Source: Spirogloea muscicola (taxonomy: Eukaryota). Taken from it: 55,204 nt of DNA. Below the pieces are notes generated by a model that saw only the letters and a program-made list of their open reading frames with translations, ran no database searches and was not told the DNA's origin. Shown one piece after another: positions 23,771 through 40,447 of the stretch. How positions within the stretch are numbered: the first letter of the stretch is position 1; each line of letters begins with the position of its first letter. The translations under genes and the position numbers were made by a program. Where the stretch lies: positions 1,012,140-1,067,343 of the forward strand of contig WELB01000006.1 in NCBI GenBank assembly GCA_009602725.1. The letters run 5' to 3'.

Positions 23771-25950
23771 AAGGAATGGACACGGTCTGAAAGGGCCGGA
23801 TGGCGCAAAAAGCAGGATACTAGTCTCCAAGACGTCAGCAAGAGGCCTCAGTAACCTCTGAACAGCAAGTGCACATTGGAATAACTAGAGGGTGGAAAAG
23901 CGTCGCCCTGACAGAACCTGGAGGCAGCAGCCAAGGCGCGACCTGCACGTAAGTGGACGGCAAAAGCTTAGAACCGCTGCAGAATTATTGCAAGCCGCAT
24001 TCTGTGAACTTGAGCAAGCAACCGAAGGCATTGAAGCCGGGCTGCTCGCTCTGCTGTTCTTGGCGGCGGATCTGCACGCCACACAAGTTGCTGGAGTAGG
24101 TCGAGCCACAAAATGTCGAACGGACATCGGGTGCAAGCGCGACAACTCGTGGCCAGCAAGATGGTCTGCGAACCTCCTCTGCTTAACGCCCGCCGCTTGG
24201 CGGACTGCACAGCCGGCCTCCTCCGCCGATCAGTGAGAGCTCCTGGAGTCAAAGCAGTTGGTGGTGACAACGTCTGCAATGATCCGGGGGCCCCACCCAG
24301 CGCGCTGGCGACGAGATCGGCACGGTGGACGTGGAGACGGCCATCCGCCCCAGCTTGCAGGGGCTTGATGCTTGAGTGCTCCATTGCCACGGTGTAGCCG
24401 GCCTCCCGGTAGATGCCATACATGGCGTTCCGCAAGTGGTCGTGCATGCCGATCCACTTTCTCCCGAGTGCACAGCAAAGCATGTGCGCAGCCAACTTCG
24501 CAGCGTCGACGTTGCGTGCTCCGCACTCGCACTGCACCACATTGACGAGGCAGGGCGGGTGGAGACCCAGGAGCCGGTGGACAGCCGTCCGGAAGACAGC
24601 CTCCGGCATGGTCAGCGCAGCGTAGATGGGGAGCGCTGTCAACCACGACGCCGCCCTCTGGGGAGGAGGCTGACAAGAACCTGGCGCGCCCACAAGGTCG
24701 TCCTGGGGAATGAGGGCCACCGCATGGTCGAATGCCGCCTTCTCCAATAATGCCATGCAGCGCGTCTGAGCACGCAGGTCGGGGGTGTAGGCGAGGTGTG
24801 CAAACAGGACTGCCCACTGCGTCAGGTCGGGGTGGGCCGCCAGCAGCACATCGCGGGCTGAGCGAAGGGCTGCCTGGAAAGACAGCGGGCCTGTCTCCAC
24901 ATCAGCTGCCGCCTGCTCCAGGGTCACGACTGCCATGCACGAGGAAGCGCTGGGACAGGGGAGCGGCGACCTGTGCCCAGCTGCCCAGGTGTGCAGCCTC
25001 ACAGGCGCAAGCAAGTGGGCGGCAGCCAATGCCGCCGCGGCCGACTGGCAGGACAGCCTGCAGCAGAGTGGCAGGCGTGGTGCGGAAGTCTGGGTGCTGA
25101 CTGAGAGCGGCCGCAATCGCCAGGATGCCGCGATCAAAAGACGTACGCGGCCTTCGCTGCCAGAGAAAGAGGAAGGGCTCGGGCCAGGCACTGCGGCCGC
25201 TGTGCAATGCACCTCGTTACCATGGCAAGTGCCAGCTGCATGTCTTGCAGCTCCTGGAGGCGGTCCGCCGGCCGGAGGTGCTCCTGCAGCCGTGCCTGCA
25301 GCTGATCCACCACAAAGGCTGGTGAGCCTAAGGGGACCCCAACAAGAAAGGTGAGGCCCCCGACAGGTCTCTGACAGCCGGAGGGCAGGCGCAGGAGGGC
25401 TGGCAGGCCCTGTGGGTACCAGGCACTACCTTCCTCCACACGAATGTACAGGCTGATCTCTCCCAGCTGCCCTTTGAGGGTGGCGAAGGTGGACACGACC
25501 TTGTCTGGCTGCCCCGGCAGCGTGGTGTCGTCGGCGCACGTGGGCACGAGGACGCCAGGGTGCGCTGTGGCCGTTGCCTGCAGCGCGCGGTTGTGAGCCA
25601 GCGCGGAGCCAGCGCTGCCTTGCTGTGTGCTCATGGTGGACTGGAGGATCCCCACCCCACCGTTTTCTGTCCTCCACAACTCGGCTGAACGTAGCCAAGC
25701 CGGAAGAAGCGCAGGAGCATTGGGAAGGCCTTCCTCAGCTCCTCGGCGATGACAATCCACACTGTTGAACTCACGTCGGACATCCATCACGAAGACCGTC
25801 CACCCTGGGTGCAGGTCCAGGACGGCCCGTACTCCTTGCTCGGCCGCCTCGCTGCCGCTCCGCAGGCCTGCTCCGTACTGGTGAGGTGCTGGGTGAGTCT
25901 GGGCCTGGCTAGCCTGCTGCTGCCACAGGACGCGCCCCACCAGGCGGTAG
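23770..25950 (-). mobile_element. Longest copy of the CRE-like non-LTR retrotransposon: RT, thumb, CCHC, RLE, 3' UTR; decayed and 5'-truncated
   Basis: RT motifs PHQYGAG..GSE, MDVRREFNSV, STQQG, CADD (YADD position), VGVPLGS; then LQAVLPVGRGGIG, CECG..AAHMLCC..HD, RADLV..IIADVVT. Several frameshifts. Confidence 0.85.
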
Positions 25951-26030
25951 AGAGAGGAGGGGGGGGGAGGGAGAATAAGAGGAAGAGATAGGGAGAAGGA
26001 GAGGGAGGGAGGGAGGGGGGGGTGAGACAG

Positions 26031-26034
26031 CGCG

Positions 26035-26096
<62 letters not shown>

Positions 26097-26135
26097 AGAG
26101 AGCGCGAGAGAGAGAGAGAGGGAGAGAAAAGAGAG
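26031..26135. repeat. (CG)n/(GA)n compound microsatellite
   Basis: Directly visible. Confidence 0.95.
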
Positions 26136-26335
26136 ACGCTTCCAGTAGAGGGCAATTGCCGTGGATTAGAGAGAGAGAGGTGGTGCTCCCGATGGGGGCA
26201 AGGGCTGTGAAAAGCCAGCCCAAAAGAGGAAGAAGTGGCTCTCCCAATGGGTGGAAAGAGGCTAAGCCACTTGGCGTTGGGCGCCACGCCAGCGAGCAGT
26301 CCCTCCCCACTTCCCCCCGTCCCCCCGAGGCGGCC

Positions 26336-28140
26336 ATGGCGGCGGCCGCCGCGGCGTGCCTGGCGCCCGCTGCGCCGCCCTGCGCTGCTGGAGTGCGCAG
26401 AGGCTCGCCCGCGGCGGCGGCGCGAGAGCCCACGCGGAGACTGCCGCAGCTCTGTGCGGCTCGCAGCTCTGCCGCAACGTCGGTATGCTGCAGGCGCAGG
26501 CTGCGCTGGACTGGCGGCTGGCCTTCCACACCCATCTCCTCCTTCTACTGAACTCCTCCTCCTCCTCCTCCTACTCCTCCTCCTCCTCCTCTTCCTCCTC
26601 CTTCTTGTGGGCTAAGATAGCTGCTTGTGCCTCGGCGCTGACACCGGCGCCCCTCTCGCGGGCCGCTCAGGAGGAGAGCGGCAGGGCAGCGAGCTCCGCC
26701 GCCGACCTGGGCTCCCGGCCGCCAGCCCCCCCCTCGCTGTGGCCAGCGGCTGCGTCTGCGTCTGCGGCAGCTGGGCAAGCCGGGAGGGCGGCCGTAGCGG
26801 CGCTGGCGGCCGCGGCGGTCCTGCTGCCGGGTGGCGCCGCTGTGGCCTACCTGGTTCCCACCTTGTCGCCTGCTTCAGCTGCATAGCGAGCTAGCTGCAC
26901 CAAGATATTGGGTTCATTGCTCATTGAAAAGCGTCCTGCAACGCGCGACCACTGATGCTTAGGCTCTGGACGGCTGCTATGGTGGGTGGTGCAGGGGGGT
27001 GGCCCGTATGGCGTCCAGGTGACGCGCGGCCAGGACCTCTCTGGCAAGGATTTCTCCGACTATGACCTGACTGGCAAGGACTTCAAGACGGTCCGCCACC
27101 GCCCAACTTGCCATTGCCGCTATCTTGTTGCCACCATTGCTCATTTTTGGAAGGCGGCAATGAGCAGCAGGATGACAGCATTTGACTTCAACCTGAAAAT
27201 GGCCGTCCGTTGCTTTGGTTGCACGGCCAGTCTATTCTGCGTCAGGCGCTATTCAAGGGCAGCAGACTCGTTGGCGCGAGCTTCTTTGACGCTGACCTTA
27301 CAGGTGGGCCTCCTGCGCGCTCTTTCCCGCACTCTCTCCCTCATGTTGTAGCCCTTTGCCTCTTTGCACTTAGAGCGGCCCTGGCTCTAGGTCAGGTCAG
27401 GAGTAGGCTGACCGGTTCCTGCTGTCCTCCGTGAAGGGGCTGACTTCACAAACGCGGACCTCCGCGGTGCCGACTTCTCCCTCTGTAGTGCTCAGAAGGT
27501 GAGCTCCACACAGCCACGCCTCTCATCTGGCGAGGGTATGGAGGCAGCAGAGCCCTGGTCGCGCACAGCAAGCTCGCCTGACCTTGCAAGCGACCATCTC
27601 GGCTGCCATGCAGGCCAACTTCACCAATGCCGTCCTGGAGGGCTCCACAGTGACAGGGAACACGTCGTTCAAGGGCTCAATCATAACAGGCGCAGGTGTG
27701 CAGCGCCTACTGTTGTCCTCAGATCGTCACTCAGTTTTACCATTCATATGCGCATTGCCTGATCAATCTTGCTGCCTCACTGTTTGCCCTTCACCTGTAC
27801 TCCACAACAACCAATAGCATGTCATGTGCCACCCCCACCTACAGATCTTCTTCGTTGCTGTCTAATTGCTCTCAGATTTCACGGATGTCTTCTTTCGTGA
27901 GGACCAGAAGGCCTATCTATGCAAGGTTGCAGATGGGTGAGGCACTGATATTGAGCCAGCACTGCCGCTGCTGGACAGTCCAGAGCTTGCTCACTACAAC
28001 TCATGTATGCCGCAGGCTGGGGACTGTGAGCGCTTTCCAGGTTGCCGCCCACTGACCAAGCTAAGCAATTTCGATGTGTGCGGGGCAGGGTCAATCCAGT
28101 GACGGGCAATGAGACAAGGGAGACGCTCCTCTGCAACTAG
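26336..28140 (+). CDS. TL15: Thylakoid lumenal 15 kDa pentapeptide-repeat protein (At2g44920-like)
   Basis: Ala-rich bipartite transit peptide ending A-V-A, then YL/GGGPYGVQVTRGQDLSGKDFS..KTSILRQALFKGSRLVGASFFDADLTGADFTNADLRGADFSL..GNTSFKGS..YLCKVADGVNPVTGNETRETLLCN*. Confidence 0.92.
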
Positions 28141-28657
28141 GGCTGCATGTTGAGCATCTCCGTGTAGTGCTCACTCAGTATAAAGTCAATCAAAGCTTAC
28201 GGATCTTTGGGCCTTCACAAACAGGCTTTGCAGCTGTGCAGTGTATTGGCAGCGATGTATATCAAAAGCAGCACTGCTGCTAGCTAGTCACTCTTGACTG
28301 AGACCCACAATTTTGTATGCCAGGAGGAGCTGCACACAGTATCTATGCTGCTTACATGTGTCAATGAGTAGCAAGTTGTCCTTCACGTGATGTGATGCAA
28401 GTCGAGGAACTGAGGAACCTGCCTTGTGGGCCTCATCTATGTTGTCAGCCTGCAAGCATCTCTGCAGTAGACATTTCTTTATGTTGTAGAGCACTGATAC
28501 AGCATAATGCCTGCGCTCCATGTGAGAGCCTGGTTGCTCTTTTCTGCTGAGAATGTTCAACAAAGCAAGCGCTGTTGTAAGAAGTGTACATCAAAAGCTC
28601 CCAGGGATTTCCAAATTTCCAGGTAAGTGGCTCTAGCGGCAAACTAAGCAGCCGCTC

Positions 28658-31600
28658 TTAGTGCAATGGGCCAGTGGCTGCCTCTTCGTTCTTGGCCGCA
28701 TCCTTCAGTAGACTGGTGCTGAGCATCTTCTGGTCTGCATTGCCACCCCCCTCACCACCATCGTTGTCACCGTCCAACATCTCATCGAGCTCCAGCATGC
28801 TATCATATGACGGCAACGCCTGCCGGCGCCTAGCCCGCCATATCATGCCTGCCGCAAGCAGGCTTCCTACGGCAATGATGCTCGCCACGGCCGCGATTGC
28901 ATACCCTTGCTGGGCTGTCAGCTTCGCCTGCTTGGACCTGCATCATAACAGGGCGCAGCCAGGACCAAGTGCAGAAATCAGAGTCTGCTCGGGATGGCTA
29001 CTGTAGTGACTCTCAGAAACAGATGTGTCTCACCATCACTCAAGTAGAATCAAAGACCTGTGCAAGTGAGAATAAATATAGGTGCCGATACGTTGCCCCA
29101 GCCGACCAAACAAGCCCAAACATAGGCTGGAGCTAAAGGCTTGCATGACACAAGCCACCAGTGAAGCAGGCTCATTCGGTTTGGTCGATGCCTAAAAAGC
29201 AGAAGCTCACCGGCTGGCAGCATGCAGGGGGATGAAAGCTACATCCTCAACCCGATAGTCACCAAATGTTGCGTCAAGTGTGACATGGTGGTTGAGGAGA
29301 AGATCTTGTATCCGCTGCAAGCAATGGGACACAATAAATCAGATATATAAATCAAACTTTAAAGGCACGAAGATAGGAGGCTGGAGCTATTTGCGTGGTG
29401 ATGACTGACCTGAACTTCCTGGGAAGTGATAGAAGCAGCAGGTGAAGGAGGTGTGATTGCAAGCTGGAGGTCCACGCCAGTTGGCTCAAGGCCCTGGTGA
29501 CTAAGAATTTCCAACTGCGCACATGATAACGATGGTCAGTGCATTATATCTACAGATGCTCAACAACTGCAGCCTCAGCAGAGAATTCGGTAGAGAATTC
29601 GGTAGAGAATTCGGTAGAAACGCGGTGTGGTCCTCTGACTGGGCCCTCACCTGCCCCGCAAGGATGCCAAGTCCGCTGGCTAAAAGAGCCACAAAGGCCT
29701 CAGACTTGGGCCCGAAGTCTGAGTGATTCATGCCCAGCGTCATATTCACAAGGAGTCTCGATGCGCAGTCCTCGCAGGCTGCAAGTCACAGTAAATTGCA
29801 CTTTGCCAAGAGCTATCAAGGCCCGCCAACGAGGACCCAAGCTTTATGTAGGCAACATCACTTTCTGGGTTCGGCTACGAGAATCAGATATACTTGATCA
29901 AGGCTTGCATGTACGCACATGAAGAATCTGCCGCAGGAGGACCAGGCTGTGGTTGTGGGGATGGAGATGGTGCCATAAGCCCTCCATCCTCTGCCTCCGG
30001 AGTTGGCGCATTAGCTGTGGCAGGCATTGGTGCCATGCTGGGCGCCTCGGTTGGCGGTGCATTTGGTGCCTTGATTCCACTTGCTGACAAACTGGCAAAT
30101 GGGTCGTCGCAGTCCGTTTTCCATAGGCCAATGCGCGAGTTGACGCGGTCGTATGTCACAAGCGTATTGCGTACGAGGATACCTGCGTTTCAATGTATCT
30201 CAGTAAACACTTCCTCAAGAAAGGACAAGAACAAAATACAGGACAACAAGTGCCTCGGACTCCTTCTGGGCTTTGGACAACAAGGACAAGGCCGCGGTGA
30301 CATGTTGCAGCCGCGAAGGTACCCCAAGTGGAGCAGGACAATTGCTGTGCAGTATCAAGTCAGGCAACGGGCAGCACTTATGATGAGCAAATGTCCTCAA
30401 AGGAAAGAGCAGGGTGGGTGATGGAGGGGTCAGGAGGAGGGCAAGAAGGTCAAAGGGTGACCTCCAAGGAGGGATCCAGCGCCGTCACTGTTGGCAAAAA
30501 CGCCGAGGCAATAAGCTCCCGACTGCTTGACATGCTGCAGGAGAGGAAGTTGCACCCACGTCACTAAGGACTGGGCTTGTGACCAACGAGGCTGAACAAG
30601 GGGACTTGCAGGGCGGCCAGAGCCAGAGCTAGAGCTTCAGGCAGGCATGCACCTGGAAGAGGTAGTTCTCCGGGTCGAGCTTGTACACAACCCCGCCGCC
30701 AAGCACAAGGTCCACCTGGGGGAAATAGTAGTGCAGCTTGGCAATCTCCCTGCAGGGACGCGCACCCCACTTGTTACCTTCAAGACCTTCAAGTAGGTGC
30801 TGGGTGGCTGCCAAGGGGGCCATGCCTTGCAAAGACAGCGGACGGCAGGAAGGAAGGAGGAAAAGAGATATTTGCAGAACGGAGGCTGCCAGGCAGACTT
30901 ACTCGCCAGCATCAGCATAGCAAATGTCGTTGAACTTGGCGTCAGGACCGTCTACTCTGTGGAGAAGCGGCGTTGCCCCATCAACCTGAACAGCACGGAC
31001 TACCACCTCGTGACTTAATGTCAAGTCATGGAAGTTTTGAGCTTTCCGCGATGTATACAGTGGTCACAAGAGTGATCAAGCGAAGCATCGCATAAACCAC
31101 AGAGTGGGCGCTGGTGTGCAGCTCACAGCATGCCGGAATGCGTTGAACGCCTCTTTTGGGAGGTACATGAATGTGGTTCCGCTGTCAAGCACCGCCCCAT
31201 AGCCACGGTCAAATACGTCGGCCGACAGCTCCAGCGCTTCGCCATCCACACGCAGCTCCTCAACTTTGACATTGTAGTACTGGCTGTTCAGGCCCAACCA
31301 ACAGGCTTGGCTAAGCTCCCTCAGGGTGTCTTACAACATTGGCCAGCTGGCCGTGCACAAGTGTTACTGCAGTCGCACTGTTGCTGGTACCTCAGCAAAG
31401 GGGCCAGACATTGTCTGGCACAGCACAAATGGAATTTCTCACCTGCGACCAGCCTCGAGCTCAGTATAGATCATGTCAGGCGGCTGCATTTCAGAGGAGC
31501 CAAGGATCATGGTGCCCCCGTCGTATGCCATGCCGCCATAGCACAGGCTGAAGACGTCATCAATGAGGCCAGCAGCCACAATCTGGTCAATGATGCCGAG

Positions 31601-32516
31601 TGGCCCCCGACCTAGCGCGATGATGCCGTCGGCTTTCTGCTGATAGAGGTCACCCGTCTCGTCCGTCTCGCACCCAAACGTCACTCGCGCCGGGCCGATG
31701 GAGCTCGTCCCTCCACTGAAAGTCACAATGTCAGATACCAGAAGCCCCTTGGACGAGCTCTGCTCCGCATAGTGCCGCTCGTAGACGCAGATGCCGTCGC
31801 TGTTGCAGCCCCTCGACGAGCACCCTTTGTTAAAGCAAGGGATGGTCCGGTAAGTCGTCGAGTTGGCGGCCACGAAGGGGCCATCCTGGCACGAGGAACC
31901 AAGCCCACGCAACGCTTATCACCACGTCCACAACGCTTGGGAACACATCATCTGCACGCTGCAAGCGCTCACATCTGCAGAGTTCTATCCGGGCTCGGCT
32001 TCCCAGGAGGCAGACTGACTGCAGGCTGACTGCAGAGGGCGCAGCTGCGTCTCGCACCTGGTGGTTGCCGCAGTGCTTGCAGGTGGAGCAGGGCACGTAG
32101 GTGACGGTGCTGCCCGTGTCGACGATGAGGTTGAACGACTGCGGCGGCGTGCCGATGGACACGTTGGTGTAGTAGTACCTGCGCGGGGCGCCACAGCTGC
32201 GGAGCTGAGGCAGCACTCACAAAGCGAGCAGGAGACCGGCTGTCATGAGAGCAAGCACGTCCTTGGGCGCCATGGCGGCGGCGGGACGAGGCGGAGCTCG
32301 GCGAGGGACGCTACAGCAACGAGTCGAGGACCAGGGGAGCGAGCGCTCACCCCCTCGTCAGGACGTGGCCATGGAGCCACATCTGCGCCTCGCCGCGGCG
32401 CAGCATGCGCCGGGGGGCGTCGGCGGCGGACGGCGGCGGCCGCTCGCCCGGCCGGTGCGANNNNNNNNNNNNNNNNNNNNNNNNNNNNNNNNNNNNNNNN
32501 NNNNNNNNNNNNNNNN

Positions 32517-32517
<1 letters not shown>
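28658..32517 (-). CDS. A1-family aspartic protease with C-terminal transmembrane segment; start at or in the gap
   Basis: LTRG/YYYTNVSIGTPPQSFNLIVDTGSTVTYVPC, YAEQSSSKG, FGCETDETGDLYQQKADGIIALG, VLDSGTTFMYLP, LDPENYLF, YDRVNSRIGLWKTDC, hydrophobic segment followed by WRARRR. The A at 32517 after a (GCC)n run is a likely ATG start. Confidence 0.92.
29580..29618. repeat. 12-bp tandem repeat (AGAGAATTCGGT) x3 in an intron
   Basis: Directly visible. Confidence 0.9.
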
Positions 32518-32552
<35 letters not shown>

Positions 32553-33317
32553 GCGGCGGCGGCGGGGGGCCGCGGGGAAGCCGGGCCGGCAGTTGGGGGA
32601 GGAGGGTGGGTTGTGAACAAGCGACCGGCTCGGTCAGCCGATCGTCGGCTTCCCGGGAGGGAGGCGCGCAGCCGGCCAACCCCGGCGTACCGCGGCCTCC
32701 GTCCAGGCGGCGGCCAGTCCGGCCGTCGACAGGGCCGTTTCTCCCATTTATCAGCAGCCGTTTCCATTGGGGAAGTTAGCCGCCCCCGCCGCTTCTCCCG
32801 TTCGGCAGAGCCATACGGCCCGCGCCCCCTTTGGCAGCGCCACTTCCTTCGTTTGGGAGGAGCCACTTTTCTCATAGCCCACCGTCTCGCCCTCCTCCCG
32901 CGAAGCCCCCATGGTCGCCGCGCCGCTCCTCCCCGCGCGCCTGCCGCTGCTGCAGGTGGGGCCCCGATCGCCCTCTCCTCCCACCCCCTCCTCGGATCCG
33001 CTCTTGCACGCCTCTCGCGGCTGCCCTCCACACCCGCCTTTCCGCCCGGCCTGATCCGCCGACCTGCCGCTGCAACCGTGCAGGCGAGCGCAGCCACAGT
33101 GCGCGATCACTTTGGCCCGCCACCGCGCTGCGCTGCCGCCTTTGGTGAGCCCAATGAGCAGCTGGGCCAGCGGGGCTGCCCGCCTGCTCCGATGCTACTC
33201 AAAGAGTTCCCTGCAGCTTCAAGTGGCACTCCGGGCACATTGCCACTGGGCTGGCTTTGAACAACTCGAGGGCTTTGCGCAGGCCCTGCAGCTGGCGAGC
33301 TGCGTGGCATCGCTACA

Positions 33318-34444
33318 ATGGCTCGGGAGCTCCCGCCATTGGCAGAACTGCGGGCGGTGCTCTTTGACGTTGACGGCACGCTCGCGGACTCCGACCCCCT
33401 CCACTTCCTCGCCTTCCGCGAGTGCCTCCAGGAGGTCGTGCCTCTAGCTTTCCTCCTTCTGCACCTACCTCCTGACGAAATAGAAGAAAGGGACAAGTCT
33501 CCTGCTTCGTGCAAAGCATCCGCCAACCTGAGGCTTGCTGGAATACAGAGCGGTTCCAATGCTGCCACTGCTCTTGCAGGTGGGCTTTCAGGACGGTGTT
33601 CCCATCGATGAGGCCTTCTTCCAGCAGCGCATCAGCGGCCGCGCCAACTCCGAAATTGGCGCCGACCTCCTCCCTTCGTGGCCGCGCGATAAGCGGGACA
33701 AGTTCCTGGACGACAAGGAGACGCGCTTTCGCTCGTCAGTCTCGCCGGCCCTCCTGGGGCGATCCCCGCGTCCTGAGATCGACCGTGATGGGCTGCCAGC
33801 CATGCTGTGACTGTCGCTGGGCCACAGGAAATGACTGCGTCCCCGTCGCAGGATGGCGGCGCAGGAGCTGCGGCCTGTGCGGGGTCTCCAGCGGCTGTGC
33901 AATTGGGCTGCAGCAAGGGGGCTGCGCGCGGCTGCTGTCACCAACGCACCGCGTGCCAACGCCGAGCAGATGATTGAGGCCGTCGGGCTCAGCCACTACT
34001 TTGAGCACCTTGTGATCGGGTCCGAGTGTGCGCGGCCCAAGCCGTACCCCGAACCCTACCTCCAGGGCCTGGCCTGCCTTGGCGAGGACGCGCGGCACGC
34101 GTTCGCTCTTGAGGTCTTGGACCTGCCATTCCTCAGCCTTGTCCATAATAAGTTGATCGCAAGTCTTGGTCAAGCCTCTGCTCTTGTGCAGCCGATCGCT
34201 GGTGTGCAAATACGGCTCGCTTGGGTTATTATGGCCGCTCCTTGATATGGTCTTATCTCAGCCCCTCTTGGCGGCTCTGCTGTAGGACTCCCCGTCTGGC
34301 ATCAGGGCGGCCGTGGCCGCTGGCCTGGCGGTCGTCGGCGTCACGACTGGCAACCCCGAGGGCATGCTCCGTGACGCAGGGGCCTCACTCATCATTGCCG
34401 ACTTCGACGATGCCTTGCTGTGGGACTATCTCACACCTCCGTAG
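33318..34444 (+). CDS. HAD-superfamily phosphatase (CbbY/Sgpp-like, At2g38740 type), 4 exons; N-terminal extension possible
   Basis: AVLFDVDGTLADSDPLH (motif I), AAVTNAPRANAE (II), RPKPYPEPY (III), ALE/DSPSGIRAAVAAG (IV); TAG at 34442-34444. Confidence 0.93.
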
Positions 34445-35029
34445 GCCACTGAGGACCTGACCACGCAACCCAGACCCTGAGTCCTTGATCATTATCACGC
34501 CATTGCCCTGCTCCGAAAAGCTTGCCAGCAGCCTCTGGAAAGGACCACATCCGAAGTTGCTGGGAGCACACGGCTGCTGCAGCATAGGCTTGCCAACATC
34601 ATTCGTTCGCATTCATATGCATTCAGGCGAGAGTGACCTCCTTCTGCAAAGCATCTGCAAAGCTGCCCAACACAGCATCTCATCTCATAAGCCAGCAGAC
34701 TATCACTTCCGTAACAGATTTCAATGATATCTCTTATTAGACCAGATGTTCCTCTTTCCATTCATATGTTTACCAGCGCTCATCAGAATAGCAGCCACAT
34801 TGCCTTTTTCTTCAAGGGTATCAGGAGTCTGCACTGTTGGCATCCAGGCGCAGAATTTACAGCATGAGTCCCTGAAGAAGTGGCAACGCTTCTTTAGCAA
34901 ATATGTGCTCATCCTGGCAAGCTGTCATCAAAATGATTACAATCGCTTTGAGTTTTCAAAGCGATTGTAACAGGAGGTGGTCAATCATGTTGCCAGAGTG
35001 CGTCAACCATGAAGAGGCCCATTGCTTAG

Positions 35030-35260
35030 CTCTACATTAAGAAAGAGAGCGGCTCTTCCATAGGTGGCGAGGGCTGTGAAAAGCCAGCCCGAGAAGAATT
35101 GACCAGGTCCGACGAGGCCATAGCGAGCTTTCCCAAAGGGCCCTTTAAGGTCCCCCTCGTCAAAACAGGTTCCACAACGACAACTGCAGAGGAGAAGGTC
35201 GTCACAACCCTCTGACACAGTGATGCCATCATCGAGGTTGCTTCTGAAGTCGGTGATAGG
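35030..35260 (-). mobile_element. Solo retroelement 3'-end fragment
   Basis: Reverse-strand GGGCTGGCTTTTCACAGCCC hairpin motif at 35070-35090 with a purine-rich flank on the + strand. Confidence 0.55.
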
Positions 35261-35263
35261 CAC

Positions 35264-39756
<4,493 letters not shown>

Positions 39757-40447
39757 NNNNNNNNNNNNNNNNNNNNNNNNNNNNNNNNNNNNNNNNNNNN
39801 NNNNNNNNNNNNNNNNNNNNNNNNNNNNNNNNNNNNNNNNNNNNNNNNNNNNNNNNNNNNNNNNNNNNNNNNNNNNNNNNNNNNNNNNNNNNNNNNNNNN
39901 NNNNNNNNNNNNNNNNNNNNNNNNNNNNNNNNNNNNNNNNNNNNNNNNNNNNNNNNNNNNNNNNNNNNNNNNNNNNNNNNNNNNNNNNNNNNNNNNNNNN
40001 NNNNNNNNNNNNNNNNNNNNNNNNNNNNNNNNNNNNNNNNNNNNNNNNNNNNNNNNNNNNNNNNNNNNNNNNNNNNNNNNNNNNNNNNNNNNNNNNNNNN
40101 NNNNNNNNNNNNNNNNNNNNNNNNNNNNNNNNNNNNNNNNNNNNNNNNNNNNNNNNNNNNNNNNNNNNNNNNNNNNNNNNNNNNNNNNNNNNNNNNNNNN
40201 NNNNNNNNNNNNNNNNNNNNNNNNNNNNNNNNNNNNNNNNNNNNNNNNNNNNNNNNNNNNNNNNNNNNNNNNNNNNNNNNNNNNNNNNNNNNNNNNNNNN
40301 NNNNNNNNNNNNNNNNNNNNNNNNNNNNNNNNNNNNNNNNNNNNNNNNNNNNNNNNNNNNNNNNNNNNNNNNNNNNNNNNNNNNNNNNNNNNNNNNNNNN
40401 NNNNNNNNNNNNNNNNNNNNNNNNNNNNNNNNNNNNNNNNNNNNNNN

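Noticed and set aside
23605..23892. MITE or DNA transposon with terminal inverted repeats
   Set aside because: The arms are the retroelement's ORF end and UTR, and one arm continues into the RT-bearing copy.
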